The notes beneath the pieces were generated by a model. It ran no database searches and was not told the DNA's origin. It saw only the letters and a list, made by a program, of their open reading frames with translations. Positions 36,594 through 46,662 of a DNA stretch of 64,000 bases are shown in pieces. Position numbers and translations under genes: made by a program. Positions within the stretch are counted from its first letter, which is position 1; the number at the start of each line of letters is the position of its first letter. The stretch is taken from the sequence record NC_031927.1, one strand, 5' to 3'.

Positions 36594-38243
36594 ATGGCTG
36601 ATACACAGTATCTCGGTAATCCAAATCTAAAAAAGACTAATGTGCCTGTTCAGTTCTCAAGAGAACAGGTGATGGAGTATATTAAGTGCAAAGAAGACCC
36701 AATTTATTTTGCTCTGAATTATATTAAGATTGTATCACTGGACCACGGTGTTATTCCTTTCAGGCTATATGACTTCCAGGAAAACTTGATTCGGAGTTTT
36801 CACGAGAAGAGATTTACTATTTGTAAGATGCCTCGCCAGACGGGTAAGTCTACCACTTGCGTTGCGTTTCTACTTCACTATCTAATTTTCAACGATAATG
36901 TTACTATCGGCATCCTAGCCAACAAAGCGTCCACTGCGAGAGAGATTCTTGGGCGTTTGCAGTTGGCTTATGAGAACCTACCACAATGGTTACAGCACGG
37001 TATTATTTCTTGGAACAAAGGTTCTGTTGAACTTGAGAATGGTTCCACTATCCTAGCTGCTTCCACATCAGCATCTGCTGTTCGTGGTATGTCCTTCAAC
37101 ATTATTTTCTTGGACGAATTTGCGTTCGTTCAAAACAACATTGCCGACCAGTTCTTCGCTTCTGTATATCCAACAATTACTTCTGGTAAATCTACAAAGG
37201 TTATTATCGTTTCTACGCCTCACGGTATGAACCACTTCTACCGAATGTGGAACGATGCTGAAAAGGGGAGGAATGATTATAATCCCATTGAGGTTCATTG
37301 GTCACAGGTTCCTGGTAGGGATGATGTCTGGAAAGAGACTACAATTAAGAACACAAGTGAAGAACAGTTCAAGGTTGAGTTTGAATGTGAGTTCATTGGT
37401 TCTGTTGATACACTAATCTCTCCGATGGCATTGAGGTCTATGGAGTATCGTGAACCAATCACAAAAAATAAAGGATTGGATATTTTCACAGACCCCGAGG
37501 ATGACCACACATATGTAATAACTGCTGACGTTGCTCGTGGAGTCGGTAAAGATTTCTCTGCGTTTATTGTTTTTGATACAACAACCTTCCCGTACAGAGT
37601 TGTTGCGAAGTATAGGGATAATGAGATTAAACCTATGGTATTCCCAAGTATCATTGAGAGAGTTGCTAAATCTTATAACAAAGCTCACGTTCTTATTGAA
37701 GTCAATGATATTGGTGACCAGGTTGCCTCTATTTTGAATTATGACTTGGAATATCCCAACGTAATGATGTGTGCGATGCGTGGAAGGGCAGGACAGCAGC
37801 TTGGAGCGGGCTTCAGTGGCTCTAAAACACAATTAGGCGTAAAGATGAGCGTAGCCACGAAGAAGCTCGGGTGCTCCAATCTGAAGGCTCTGGTGGAGGA
37901 GAAGAAATTAGAGTTCTGTGACTTTAATATTGTCCAGGAACTAACCACCTTTATTTCTAGGAACAACTCATATGCCGCTGAAGATGGTTGTAATGATGAC
38001 CTTGCTATGTGTATGGTTATTTTTGCTTGGTGTGTAGCACAGGATTACTTCCGTGAAATGACTGATAATGATGTCCGTAAGGAAATCTACAGTGATAAGG
38101 AAGGGCAAATTGAGCAGGATATGGCTCCGTTTGGTTTCATTAGTTCTATGGATGATGATAGTAGCTTCGTTGATGCTCAAGGTGACCGTTGGAATACAGT
38201 TGATGAGTATGGGAGTATGAGTTATATGTGGGACTATAGCTAG
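36594..38243 (+). CDS. g17: Terminase large subunit gp17
   Basis: Walker A-like MPRQTGKST, IFLDEFAF, IVSTPHG, and nuclease ADVARG and DDLAMC motifs. Confidence 0.98.
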   Translation: MADTQYLGNPNLKKTNVPVQFSREQVMEYIKCKEDPIYFALNYIKIVSLDHGVIPFRLYDFQENLIRSFHEKRFTICKMPRQTGKSTTCVAFLLHYLIFNDNVTIGILANKASTAREILGRLQLAYENLPQWLQHGIISWNKGSVELENGSTILAASTSASAVRGMSFNIIFLDEFAFVQNNIADQFFASVYPTITSGKSTKVIIVSTPHGMNHFYRMWNDAEKGRNDYNPIEVHWSQVPGRDDVWKETTIKNTSEEQFKVEFECEFIGSVDTLISPMALRSMEYREPITKNKGLDIFTDPEDDHTYVITADVARGVGKDFSAFIVFDTTTFPYRVVAKYRDNEIKPMVFPSIIERVAKSYNKAHVLIEVNDIGDQVASILNYDLEYPNVMMCAMRGRAGQQLGAGFSGSKTQLGVKMSVATKKLGCSNLKALVEEKKLEFCDFNIVQELTTFISRNNSYAAEDGCNDDLAMCMVIFAWCVAQDYFREMTDNDVRKEIYSDKEGQIEQDMAPFGFISSMDDDSSFVDAQGDRWNTVDEYGSMSYMWDYS

Positions 38244-38269
38244 AAAAGGGGGGTCTAAATGTATTTTTT

Positions 38270-38277
38270 TATAAATA
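38270..38277 (+). promoter_or_regulatory. Late promoter for g18
   Basis: TATAAATA. Confidence 0.85.
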
Positions 38278-38317
38278 TTTTTAGATTATTTCGGACTTTC
38301 ATAGGGAGACCCAAAAG

Positions 38318-40504
38318 ATGCCTGTAAACTTAGCATCGCCCGGTGTTTTAGTTAGAGAAGTTGACCTTACACTAGGTCAAGTACAAACTTCTTCTAGCAA
38401 AACCGGCGCTATTGTTGCCCCCTTTGCTAGGGGACCTGTTGACGAGCCTGTATTAATCGCAAGTGAGAATGAACTACTTGATGTTTTCGGACAGCCATCT
38501 TCTACTGATAGACAGTATGAAGGTTGGCTAACAATTGCATCATACCTTTCTTATGGCGGTATAATGCAGGTCGTCCGCTCGGACAACGACAAAATTAACA
38601 ACAGCTACGCTGGCGTAGCATCAACTGATATTAAAATTAAGAGTATTGAAGATTATAACGCTCTAGCGTATGATGAAAATATTATTCCTGGATACACTGT
38701 AATTGCTAGAAACCCCGGTTCTTGGGCTAACGGTGTTAAAGTTGCTTTCATTGATGGTAGAGCAGACCAGACTTTTACTGGAATCGGAACAACATCTGCC
38801 CCTTCACTAGTTGAAGGTTATGGTTTTACTCAACTAATCAGTAAGGTTGCTGCTGGCGCAGGAACAACTAGCTTGGTTGAAGGGGAACTAAAGGGCATCA
38901 TTACTGGTGTTACTTCAACTACAACAGACTATAGTGTAGACGTTAAGGTTCTATCGTTCACCCCAACTGGAGGCAAAGAGGTAGAAGTTGATTATCAGCA
39001 AGGGGGTACTTGGTCCTTTGTTGCTGGAAATTTTGATATCTATGATTCAGTTGGATTGGTTGAAACTGTTAACAACTCCATCTCCCCAAGAGATTGGTTT
39101 GATGATCAGGAAGTTTCACTTCAGAGTGGAAGAGTAAGCGTTCCTTGGAACACAATTGCTAACCGCCCAACAACTACTGAGTATGCACGTAACCGCAACT
39201 CACGTTTTGATGAAGTCCATATCGTCATCTTTGATGATACTGGAGAAGTAACAGGTAATGCTGGTACTATTCTAGAGAAGAACATTGGTATTTCTAAAGG
39301 TAAGGATGCTGAGTTCTCTGTTGGTACACCTTCTTACTGGAGAAAGTTCCTAGCAAACACATCACGTTACCTATTCGGTGGCTCTGAGCCAGAAGGTGCT
39401 GTTCCAACTTCATTTGAAGCAGGTGGTAATGGATTCGATCCAGAAACCGGTGGTGAGTGGGATCAACAGATCCGTAACACCAGATTCTTCAGCTGCGGTA
39501 ACAAGCAACTAATCCTAGAGAACGGAACAAACTATGACGGCGGTACGGACATCGAACAAACTGGTGCTCTACAAGTTTCCGTAGGAGACATTGCTGCTGG
39601 TTACAACAACTTTGAGTCAGACGATGAGACCAATGTAGATTTCCTACTAATGGGATCAGCTGCTTATAACGAAGCAGAAGCTCAATCACTTGCTAACAAG
39701 CTAATCTCTATTGCTGAGAGACGTAAGGATGCCCTAGCATTCGTTAGCCCATATCGCGCATCACAGATCATCGATGGTCAAAGTGGCGCTCAAACTGTTA
39801 TTGATTCTGAAACAATCACTGGTAAAGTCATTAGTTTCTACAGTACAGTTGCTTCATCTTCATACGTTGTATTCGATACTGGATACAAGTACATGTATGA
39901 CCGCTTCGCAGACAAGTTCCGCTATGTTCCTCTAAATGGAGACATCGCTGGTTGCTGTGCTCGTACTGACCAGATTGCGTTCCCTTGGTTCTCACCTGCT
40001 GGTACAACACGTGGCGCTATCCTAAATGGTGTACGCCTAGCATACAACCCAACATTGATTCAAAGAGACAGACTATACTCTGCAAGAATCAATCCAGTTA
40101 TCTTCTCCAACGATGTTGGTGGTATCACCCTCTTCGGCGATAAGACTGGACTATCCGCATCTTCCGCTTTCGATAGAATCAACGTTCGTCGTTTGTTCAT
40201 CTATGTTGAAGAAGCAATCACAGCTGCTGCACAAGATCAGCTATTTGAATTCAATGACGAAGTTACTCGTACCAACTTTGTTAACATTGTTGAGCCTTTC
40301 CTCCGCGACGTTAAGTCAAAGCGTGGTATTACAGACTTCCTAGTAGTTTGTGACGAGACCAACAACACACCAGCGGTCGTAGATCGCAATGAGTTTGTTG
40401 CTGACATCTTTATTAAGCCCACCCGCTCCATCAACTTCATCGGTCTAACATTTGTTGCTACCCGCACAGGTGTTAACTTTGAAGAAGTTGTAGGAACTGT
40501 TTGA
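38318..40504 (+). CDS. g18: Tail sheath protein gp18
   Basis: LASPGVLVREVDLT, PWFSPAG..RG, FDRINVRRLF and IKPTRSINFI motifs. Confidence 0.98.
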   Translation: MPVNLASPGVLVREVDLTLGQVQTSSSKTGAIVAPFARGPVDEPVLIASENELLDVFGQPSSTDRQYEGWLTIASYLSYGGIMQVVRSDNDKINNSYAGVASTDIKIKSIEDYNALAYDENIIPGYTVIARNPGSWANGVKVAFIDGRADQTFTGIGTTSAPSLVEGYGFTQLISKVAAGAGTTSLVEGELKGIITGVTSTTTDYSVDVKVLSFTPTGGKEVEVDYQQGGTWSFVAGNFDIYDSVGLVETVNNSISPRDWFDDQEVSLQSGRVSVPWNTIANRPTTTEYARNRNSRFDEVHIVIFDDTGEVTGNAGTILEKNIGISKGKDAEFSVGTPSYWRKFLANTSRYLFGGSEPEGAVPTSFEAGGNGFDPETGGEWDQQIRNTRFFSCGNKQLILENGTNYDGGTDIEQTGALQVSVGDIAAGYNNFESDDETNVDFLLMGSAAYNEAEAQSLANKLISIAERRKDALAFVSPYRASQIIDGQSGAQTVIDSETITGKVISFYSTVASSSYVVFDTGYKYMYDRFADKFRYVPLNGDIAGCCARTDQIAFPWFSPAGTTRGAILNGVRLAYNPTLIQRDRLYSARINPVIFSNDVGGITLFGDKTGLSASSAFDRINVRRLFIYVEEAITAAAQDQLFEFNDEVTRTNFVNIVEPFLRDVKSKRGITDFLVVCDETNNTPAVVDRNEFVADIFIKPTRSINFIGLTFVATRTGVNFEEVVGTV

Positions 40505-40537
40505 TCACTACTACCTAACTAATAAGGAGAAATACCA

Positions 40538-41134
40538 ATGGCAAGTACAAGAGTTCAGGTAGAATCCCCAGTATTGAGGACTATCAGCGACTTCAAAGCA
40601 AAAATGACTGGTGGCGGTGCTCGCCCCAATCTATTTGAAGTTGTTCTTCAGTTCCCTCTTTCAGCACCTACCGACACAGATACACTACAGAAATCACGCT
40701 TCCTAGTCAAGGCAGCTGCTCTTCCCGCTTCTAACATTACACCCATCGAAGTTCCCTTCCGTGGTCGTACATTGAAGATTGCAGGAGACCGCACCTTCGA
40801 CACCTGGACCATTACCGTTCTAAACGACACCGACTTCGCTATTCGCTCTGCGATGGAGAATTGGATGAACACAATGAACCGTATGGAGAACGCCACAGGC
40901 ACCCAGGATCCCGCTGAGTACCAGTCCGACGCATATGTCTACCAGATTGACCGCGACGGCTCCACGCTCCGCACATACCGTTTCCACGATGTGTTCCCAA
41001 CGAACATCTCAACGATTGATCTTAACTACGATACAACTGATACCATTCAGGAGTTCACCGTAGAGATGCAAGTTCAGTGGTGGGAAGCGATTAAGGGCAC
41101 AGGTCCTAACGCAGGTGGTCAGGATATCTTCTGA
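40538..41134 (+). CDS. g19: Tail tube protein gp19
   Basis: GGARPNLFEV, PFRGR.LKIAGDRTFD.WTIT and FP..IS.IDL.YD motifs. Confidence 0.97.
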   Translation: MASTRVQVESPVLRTISDFKAKMTGGGARPNLFEVVLQFPLSAPTDTDTLQKSRFLVKAAALPASNITPIEVPFRGRTLKIAGDRTFDTWTITVLNDTDFAIRSAMENWMNTMNRMENATGTQDPAEYQSDAYVYQIDRDGSTLRTYRFHDVFPTNISTIDLNYDTTDTIQEFTVEMQVQWWEAIKGTGPNAGGQDIF

Positions 41135-41156
41135 TTCCAACACAAAAAACACACAG

Positions 41157-41182
41157 AGGATCCCGAAAGGGGTCCTTTTTTT
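41157..41182 (+). terminator. Intrinsic terminator after g19
   Basis: AGGATCCC-GAAA-GGGGTCCT followed by a T tract. Confidence 0.9.
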
Positions 41183-41230
41183 ATGCGCTAAATATAAATG
41201 TAAGACGGTATACACCCACTTTTTATTATT

Positions 41231-42967
41231 ATGGGAAAGCTATTTGGTTTTTCAATTGAAGACTCTGATGTCCAACGCCCCGGATCTATCAGCCCCGTCC
41301 CCGAAAATAATGCGGACGGTGTTGATTACTATGCATCTGGTGGTTTTGGTGGAGCTTATGTTGATCTTGAGGGTGTCTATAGGACAGAATATGAACTTAT
41401 TCGCCGCTATAGGGAGATGGCTCTGTATCCAGAAGTGGACAGTGCTATTGAAGATATTGTAAACGAGGCAATTGTTAGTGACTTGTATGAGTCACCTGTT
41501 CAGGTTGAGTTGAGTAATGTAAATGCTAGCGATAAAGTAAAAAACATTATTCGCGATGAATTCAAATACATTAAAGAGTTATTGGATTTTGATAAGCGTT
41601 CTCACGAAATTTTCCGTAATTGGTATATTGACGGGAGAATGCATTACTTAAAAGTTATTGATATGAAAAATCCCCAAGATGGGATTATGGATTTGAGATA
41701 CATTCCCCCAACGAAAATTAAGTTTGTTCGTAAACTTAATGATAAGGCAGCAACCAATGGTATGGCTAGTCAAGTATTAACCAAAAATAATACTGGTGGT
41801 CAGAATCCACTTGGACGTAATAATATTTTTAGTCAAGAAATTGATGAATATTATGTCTACACCCCAGGAGCAAGTAATGTTACTGGATATGGTGGGGGTA
41901 TGGGTAATAACTCAACAGCTTCTATCAAAATTGCTAAAGACTCTATTGCATATTGCAATTCCGGTTTGGTTGATAGAAATAATAATACAACTCTTTCTTG
42001 GCTACACAAAGCAATCAAATCCACCAATCAACTAAGAATGATTGAGGATGCGATTGTAATTTACAGACTATCACGTGCCCCAGAGCGCCGTATCTTCTAC
42101 ATTGATGTTGGTAACTTACCTAAAGTAAAGGCAGAGCAATATCTACAGCAGGTTATGAGTCGTTATAGGAATAAGCAATCCTACAATGCCCAAACTGGTG
42201 AGATGAAGAATGATAAGAAAGTGATGTCTATGCTAGAAGATTTCTGGCTACCCCGCCGTGAAGGTGGTCGTGGTACAGAGATTTCTACTCTACCTGGTGG
42301 TCAAAACCTAGGTGAGATCAGTGATATTGAGTACTTCCGTAACAAGCTATATGCTTCTTTGGGTGTACCTTCATCCAGATCACCTGGCGGTAGCGAAGGT
42401 TTCAATATGGGACGTTCTAGTGAGATTTTACGAGACGAGGTAAAGTTTTCCAAGTTCGTTGCTCGCCTTCGCAAGCGCTTTGCTGGTTTATTCAGCGATC
42501 TACTAAGGACTCAACTTATCCTAAAAAATGTTATCACCCCTGATGATTGGGAAGGTATCAAGGATAATATTCAGTATGACTTCTTATATGATAATCATTT
42601 TGCTGAACTAAAAGAAACAGAACTCTTCCAAGAGCGTCTAAATCTACTAGCTCAAGCAGAACCTTATATTGGTAAGTACTACTCACAAGAGTATATCCGT
42701 AGCAAAATCCTCCGCCAAACTGATGGTGAAATGGAAGAGCAGGATAAGCTCATTGAGAAAGAGATTGCTGATGGTACTATTCCAGATCCATCAACTCTAG
42801 ATCCAATCACAGGTGAGCCACTACCAGCAATGGAAGGCGAAGGTGATCCTGCTGGTGCAATGGCTGATATGGCTGGCGCAGCAGCTGATATTAATGGTGC
42901 TGCAGGAGCTGTACCAACGGATCCAGCACCCCCTAAGCTCCCCAAGAGCGGTGAAGGTGAAATCTAA
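41231..42967 (+). CDS. g20: Portal protein gp20
   Basis: IYRLSRAPERRIFYIDVGNLPK.KAEQY and LEDFWLPRREGGRGTEI.TLPGG motifs. Confidence 0.99.
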   Translation: MGKLFGFSIEDSDVQRPGSISPVPENNADGVDYYASGGFGGAYVDLEGVYRTEYELIRRYREMALYPEVDSAIEDIVNEAIVSDLYESPVQVELSNVNASDKVKNIIRDEFKYIKELLDFDKRSHEIFRNWYIDGRMHYLKVIDMKNPQDGIMDLRYIPPTKIKFVRKLNDKAATNGMASQVLTKNNTGGQNPLGRNNIFSQEIDEYYVYTPGASNVTGYGGGMGNNSTASIKIAKDSIAYCNSGLVDRNNNTTLSWLHKAIKSTNQLRMIEDAIVIYRLSRAPERRIFYIDVGNLPKVKAEQYLQQVMSRYRNKQSYNAQTGEMKNDKKVMSMLEDFWLPRREGGRGTEISTLPGGQNLGEISDIEYFRNKLYASLGVPSSRSPGGSEGFNMGRSSEILRDEVKFSKFVARLRKRFAGLFSDLLRTQLILKNVITPDDWEGIKDNIQYDFLYDNHFAELKETELFQERLNLLAQAEPYIGKYYSQEYIRSKILRQTDGEMEEQDKLIEKEIADGTIPDPSTLDPITGEPLPAMEGEGDPAGAMADMAGAAADINGAAGAVPTDPAPPKLPKSGEGEI

Positions 42968-43001
42968 TCTTCATAAATAACTCTATATTGGTTTTTTTAT
43001 T

Positions 43002-43175
43002 ATGGCTTCAAACATTGTAGATGCAATCGCATCAGGCTCTTCACCATCTGAAGTGACTCAGGAAATCAAAGACATTCTTTTCGCTAAAAGCAGTGAGAGA
43101 ATTGATGACTACAGACACGCAGCTGCATCTCACCTATTTCAGGGACAAGATCAGACAGAAGCTGAAGAGGAGTGA
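43002..43175 (+). CDS. Small acidic protein between g20 and g21, 57 aa (possible prohead core protein)
   Basis: My translation MASNIVDAIASGSSPSEVTQEIKDILFAKSSERID...EAEEE. CATAAATA at 42972. Occupies the position of T4 g67/g68. Confidence 0.75.
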   Translation: MASNIVDAIASGSSPSEVTQEIKDILFAKSSERIDDYRHAAASHLFQGQDQTEAEEE

Positions 43176-43219
43176 TCCTAATTCAAACTAATCTCATTCT
43201 AGAGTAAGCATTTACTAAA

Positions 43220-43870
43220 ATGAAACTAATCACAGAAGAAATTAACAAGGTTGAGTTTATCGTTGAGGAAATCGACGGTAAAAAGTCTATGTTTATTGAG
43301 GGAATCTTCCTTCAAGGCAATCAAAAGAACCGCAATGGTCGTGTCTATAGGACAGAGACCCTTGAGCGTGAAGTTGGTCGTTACAACGAGCAGTATGTAA
43401 ATAGTGGTCGTGCCCTAGGAGAACTAGGTCACCCCGATGGACCTACTGTGAACTTAGACCGCGTATCCCATAAAATTGTTTCTCTAACTAAAGAAGGAAA
43501 CAACTTTATCGGTAAAGCTAAGCTACTTGAAACCCCAATGGGTAAGATTGCTAAAAGCTTGATCGGTGAAGGAGTAACTCTAGGGGTTTCTTCTCGTGGT
43601 ATTGGCTCACTAACAGAAACCAAGCAAGGTTATAAGTTGGTGGGTGAAGACTTTATGCTTGCTACTGCTGCTGATATTGTAGCCGATCCTAGTGCCCCTG
43701 ATGCGTTTGTTCAGGGAATTATGGAAGGAAAAGAGTGGGTTATGGAGGGAGGAATCCTAAAAGAACACGAAGTAGATAGGGCTAGATCTACTATAAATAA
43801 ACTAGTTGAGACAAGGGAACTCGAAGAGAAGAAAATTCAACTCTTCCAGAACTTTTTGTCCAATCTATAA
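43220..43870 (+). CDS. g21: Prohead protease gp21
   Basis: IEGIFLQ...NRNGR.Y, ALGELGHP, GVSSRG.GS and ADIVADPSAPDAFV motifs. Confidence 0.98.
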   Translation: MKLITEEINKVEFIVEEIDGKKSMFIEGIFLQGNQKNRNGRVYRTETLEREVGRYNEQYVNSGRALGELGHPDGPTVNLDRVSHKIVSLTKEGNNFIGKAKLLETPMGKIAKSLIGEGVTLGVSSRGIGSLTETKQGYKLVGEDFMLATAADIVADPSAPDAFVQGIMEGKEWVMEGGILKEHEVDRARSTINKLVETRELEEKKIQLFQNFLSNL

Positions 43871-43874
43871 ATCT

Positions 43875-43882
43875 TATAAATA
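43875..43882 (+). promoter_or_regulatory. Late promoter for g22-g23
   Basis: TATAAATA. A second copy lies at 43792-43799 inside g21. Confidence 0.85.
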
Positions 43883-43941
43883 ATTGTAGATTTATACTGT
43901 TAAATCATTTACTCGTCGGTAGCAACTAATTTTTACAAGAC

Positions 43942-45087
43942 ATGGAAAACGTAGTAACGAAAGGTGCTAAGGCTGCTGAACCAATGGAAAAGGTTCCGAC
44001 CAGCGTAGTTCCCGGACAATCAATCACTGATCTCGGTGGTCCAACCCCCGAGAACTATACTAACGAACCTGACGGTCCTGCCAAGCTAAAGGATGCATCT
44101 GCACCCCTTAAGCAGGTTAAGGATGTAGTCAATAAGGGCGCAGCTAGTGCTGATGGCATGAAGGAAATTGTAGGCAAGTCCGCAATCCCTTCTGGCGAAG
44201 GCACAACTGATGCTCGTTCCGCTGGTTCACAAGCTGAAAAGGTACCCGCTTCTGTAGTTCCCGGTCAAACCCGCAAGGAAGAGATCGAAGCTGAAGGTGA
44301 AGTTGTAGCTGAAGAGGAGATTTCTTCCGAAGAAATCGCCATGGCTGAACTAGACATCGAAGAAGACGTTACTGCACTTCTAAGTGGTGAAGAACTCTCC
44401 GAAGAGTTCCAGAGTAAAGCTCGCATCATCTTTGAAGCCGCTATCCGTAACAAGGTTGCTGTCGCCAAAGAAGAGCTACAAGCTGCATATGAAGAGAAGC
44501 TAACTGAAGAGCTAGCTACTGTTCGTACCAGCCTAAGTGAGCGTGTAGACGCTTACCTAGAGTACGTAGCAGACGAGTGGATGGCTGAAAATGCCATTGC
44601 CGTCGAACATGGTCTACGCACCGAAATGACTGAAAGCTTCCTAAAAGGAATGCATTCACTCTTCTCAGAGCATTATGTCTCTGTACCTGAAGAGCGTTTC
44701 GATGTTGTTGAGTCCATGGTTGAAAGACTTGATGAAATGGAATCAAACCTCAATGAGCAAATTGAGCGTAATGTAGCTCTTAACAGCCGCCTAAGCGAAG
44801 CTGTTTCTGAGACCATTCTCGCTGATGTTTCTGAAGGGCTCGCTGAGACCCAGAAAGATAAGCTCGCAGCCTTGGCTGAGAACGTTGAGTTTGATAGTGA
44901 AGTAGGTTATCGCGGAAAGCTAGAGTCCCTAAAGGAGAGCTATTTCTCTTCAGGCAGTTCTGCTAGTTTGAGCGCAAGAAACAGTGTCGAAGACCTAACT
45001 GAGGAAGTCGGTACTCAAGATATTAAGCCTGAGTATTCATCTCAAATGGCTTCACTCCTAGAGCATCTCGACAGATTTTCTAAGTGA
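43942..45087 (+). CDS. g22: Prohead scaffold protein gp22
   Basis: Acidic coiled coil with LSEEF..KA..IFEAA and VD.YL.YVA.EW..EN..A.E.G motifs, located between g21 and g23. Confidence 0.95.
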   Translation: MENVVTKGAKAAEPMEKVPTSVVPGQSITDLGGPTPENYTNEPDGPAKLKDASAPLKQVKDVVNKGAASADGMKEIVGKSAIPSGEGTTDARSAGSQAEKVPASVVPGQTRKEEIEAEGEVVAEEEISSEEIAMAELDIEEDVTALLSGEELSEEFQSKARIIFEAAIRNKVAVAKEELQAAYEEKLTEELATVRTSLSERVDAYLEYVADEWMAENAIAVEHGLRTEMTESFLKGMHSLFSEHYVSVPEERFDVVESMVERLDEMESNLNEQIERNVALNSRLSEAVSETILADVSEGLAETQKDKLAALAENVEFDSEVGYRGKLESLKESYFSSGSSASLSARNSVEDLTEEVGTQDIKPEYSSQMASLLEHLDRFSK

Positions 45088-45142
45088 ATTTTAGATCATT
45101 AGATCAAACTTTAATTTTTTTCACCTAAAAGGTATTAATCAA

Positions 45143-46561
45143 ATGTATAACAATGCTAACGCAGAACAGCTCATGGAGAAGTGGGCTCCTGTTCTAGAGC
45201 ACGGAGACGGTATCCAGGACGCACACAAGCGTGCAGTAACCGCACAACTCCTAGAGAACCAGGCTGTAGCCCTTCAAGAAGAGCGCACCTTCCTCTCCGA
45301 GACTCCTATCACAACTGGCTCCAACGCAACTCCTGGTGCTGGTGCAGGCAACGCTGGCTTCTCAGCTGACGCTACCGATGCAGGTCCTGTTGCTGGTTTC
45401 GATCCAGTACTAGTGAGCCTAATTCGCCGCTCAATGCCTAACCTATTGGCTTACGACATCTGTGGTGTTCAGCCAATGAACGGTCCTACTGGACTTATCT
45501 TCGCAATGCGTTCACGCTACGAAGGTCAGAACGGTCCCGAGACCTTCTACAACGAAGTTGATTCTGCTTACTCCGGTCAGCCCCAGAGAAGCGAGCAGTT
45601 CTATGTACAAGGTTCTGAAGGCGAGTCTGTTGGTCTAGGTACCACAGCCCAGCAAGGTTCTAACCCAGGTCTACTTAACCCAACTTCAGGCGCTCCTGCT
45701 AACCAGGTTGCTTATAACGAAGGTCAGGGCATGGGAACCGATGACGCAGAAGTCCTCGGTACCGCTGGTAACGAATTCCGCGAAATGGGTTTCTCAATCG
45801 AGAAGCTTACTGTTACTGCTAAGAGTCGCGCACTCAAGGCTCAGTACAGCATGGAACTCGCACAAGACCTTAAGGCAATCCACGGTCTAAATGCAGAAGC
45901 TGAGCTAGCTAACATTCTCTCCTCTGAGATCCTAGCTGAAATCAACCGCGAAGTCATCCGTACAGTATACAAGACTGCTGTTCCTGGTGCTCAGGCTAAC
46001 GTTGCTCAAGCTGGCGTATTTGACCTTGACGTTGACTCCAACGGTCGCTGGTCTGTTGAGAAGTTCAAGGGTCTTATCTTCCAAATGGAAAGAGACGCTA
46101 ACGCAATCGCTCAGCAAACTCGTCGTGGGAAGGGCAACATCATCATCTGTTCCGCAGATGTTGCTTCCGCTCTAACTATGGCTGGTGTGCTTGATTACAC
46201 CCCTGCTCTTAACGCCAACCTTAACGTTGACGACACCGGCAACCTATTCGCTGGTACTCTACAAGGTAAGTACAAGGTCTACATCGATCCTTATGCTGCT
46301 AACGTATCCTCACAGCAGTTCTACGTTATGGGCTACAAAGGTACTTCACCTTATGACGCTGGTCTATTCTACTGCCCTTACGTTCCTCTTCAGATGGTTC
46401 GTGCAGTTGGTCAGGACACCTTCCAGCCTCGTATCGGCTTCAAGACTCGCTACGGCATGATCGCTAACCCATTCGCTGAAGGTGCAAACCAAGGCTTGGG
46501 TGCTCTTCGTACCAACAGCAACGTCTACTACCGCCGTGTACAGGTCAAGAACCTAATGTGA
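45143..46561 (+). CDS. g23: Major capsid protein gp23
   Basis: LIRRSMP.L.AYDICGVQPM.GPTGLIFAMR, KSRALKA.YS.ELAQDL.A.HG and FYCPYVPL motifs. Confidence 0.99.
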   Translation: MYNNANAEQLMEKWAPVLEHGDGIQDAHKRAVTAQLLENQAVALQEERTFLSETPITTGSNATPGAGAGNAGFSADATDAGPVAGFDPVLVSLIRRSMPNLLAYDICGVQPMNGPTGLIFAMRSRYEGQNGPETFYNEVDSAYSGQPQRSEQFYVQGSEGESVGLGTTAQQGSNPGLLNPTSGAPANQVAYNEGQGMGTDDAEVLGTAGNEFREMGFSIEKLTVTAKSRALKAQYSMELAQDLKAIHGLNAEAELANILSSEILAEINREVIRTVYKTAVPGAQANVAQAGVFDLDVDSNGRWSVEKFKGLIFQMERDANAIAQQTRRGKGNIIICSADVASALTMAGVLDYTPALNANLNVDDTGNLFAGTLQGKYKVYIDPYAANVSSQQFYVMGYKGTSPYDAGLFYCPYVPLQMVRAVGQDTFQPRIGFKTRYGMIANPFAEGANQGLGALRTNSNVYYRRVQVKNLM

Positions 46562-46595
46562 TTTAAACTCCGACGAGTTAATCTTCACAGTAATA

Positions 46596-46625
46596 AAGGG
46601 GGCTCCGAAAGGGGCTCCTTTTTTA
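46596..46625 (+). terminator. Intrinsic terminator after g23
   Basis: GGGGGCTCC-GAAA-GGGGCTCCT followed by a T tract. Confidence 0.85.
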
Positions 46626-46662
46626 TGCCTCTAAATAGTACACGGTCTATTATATTATTAGA

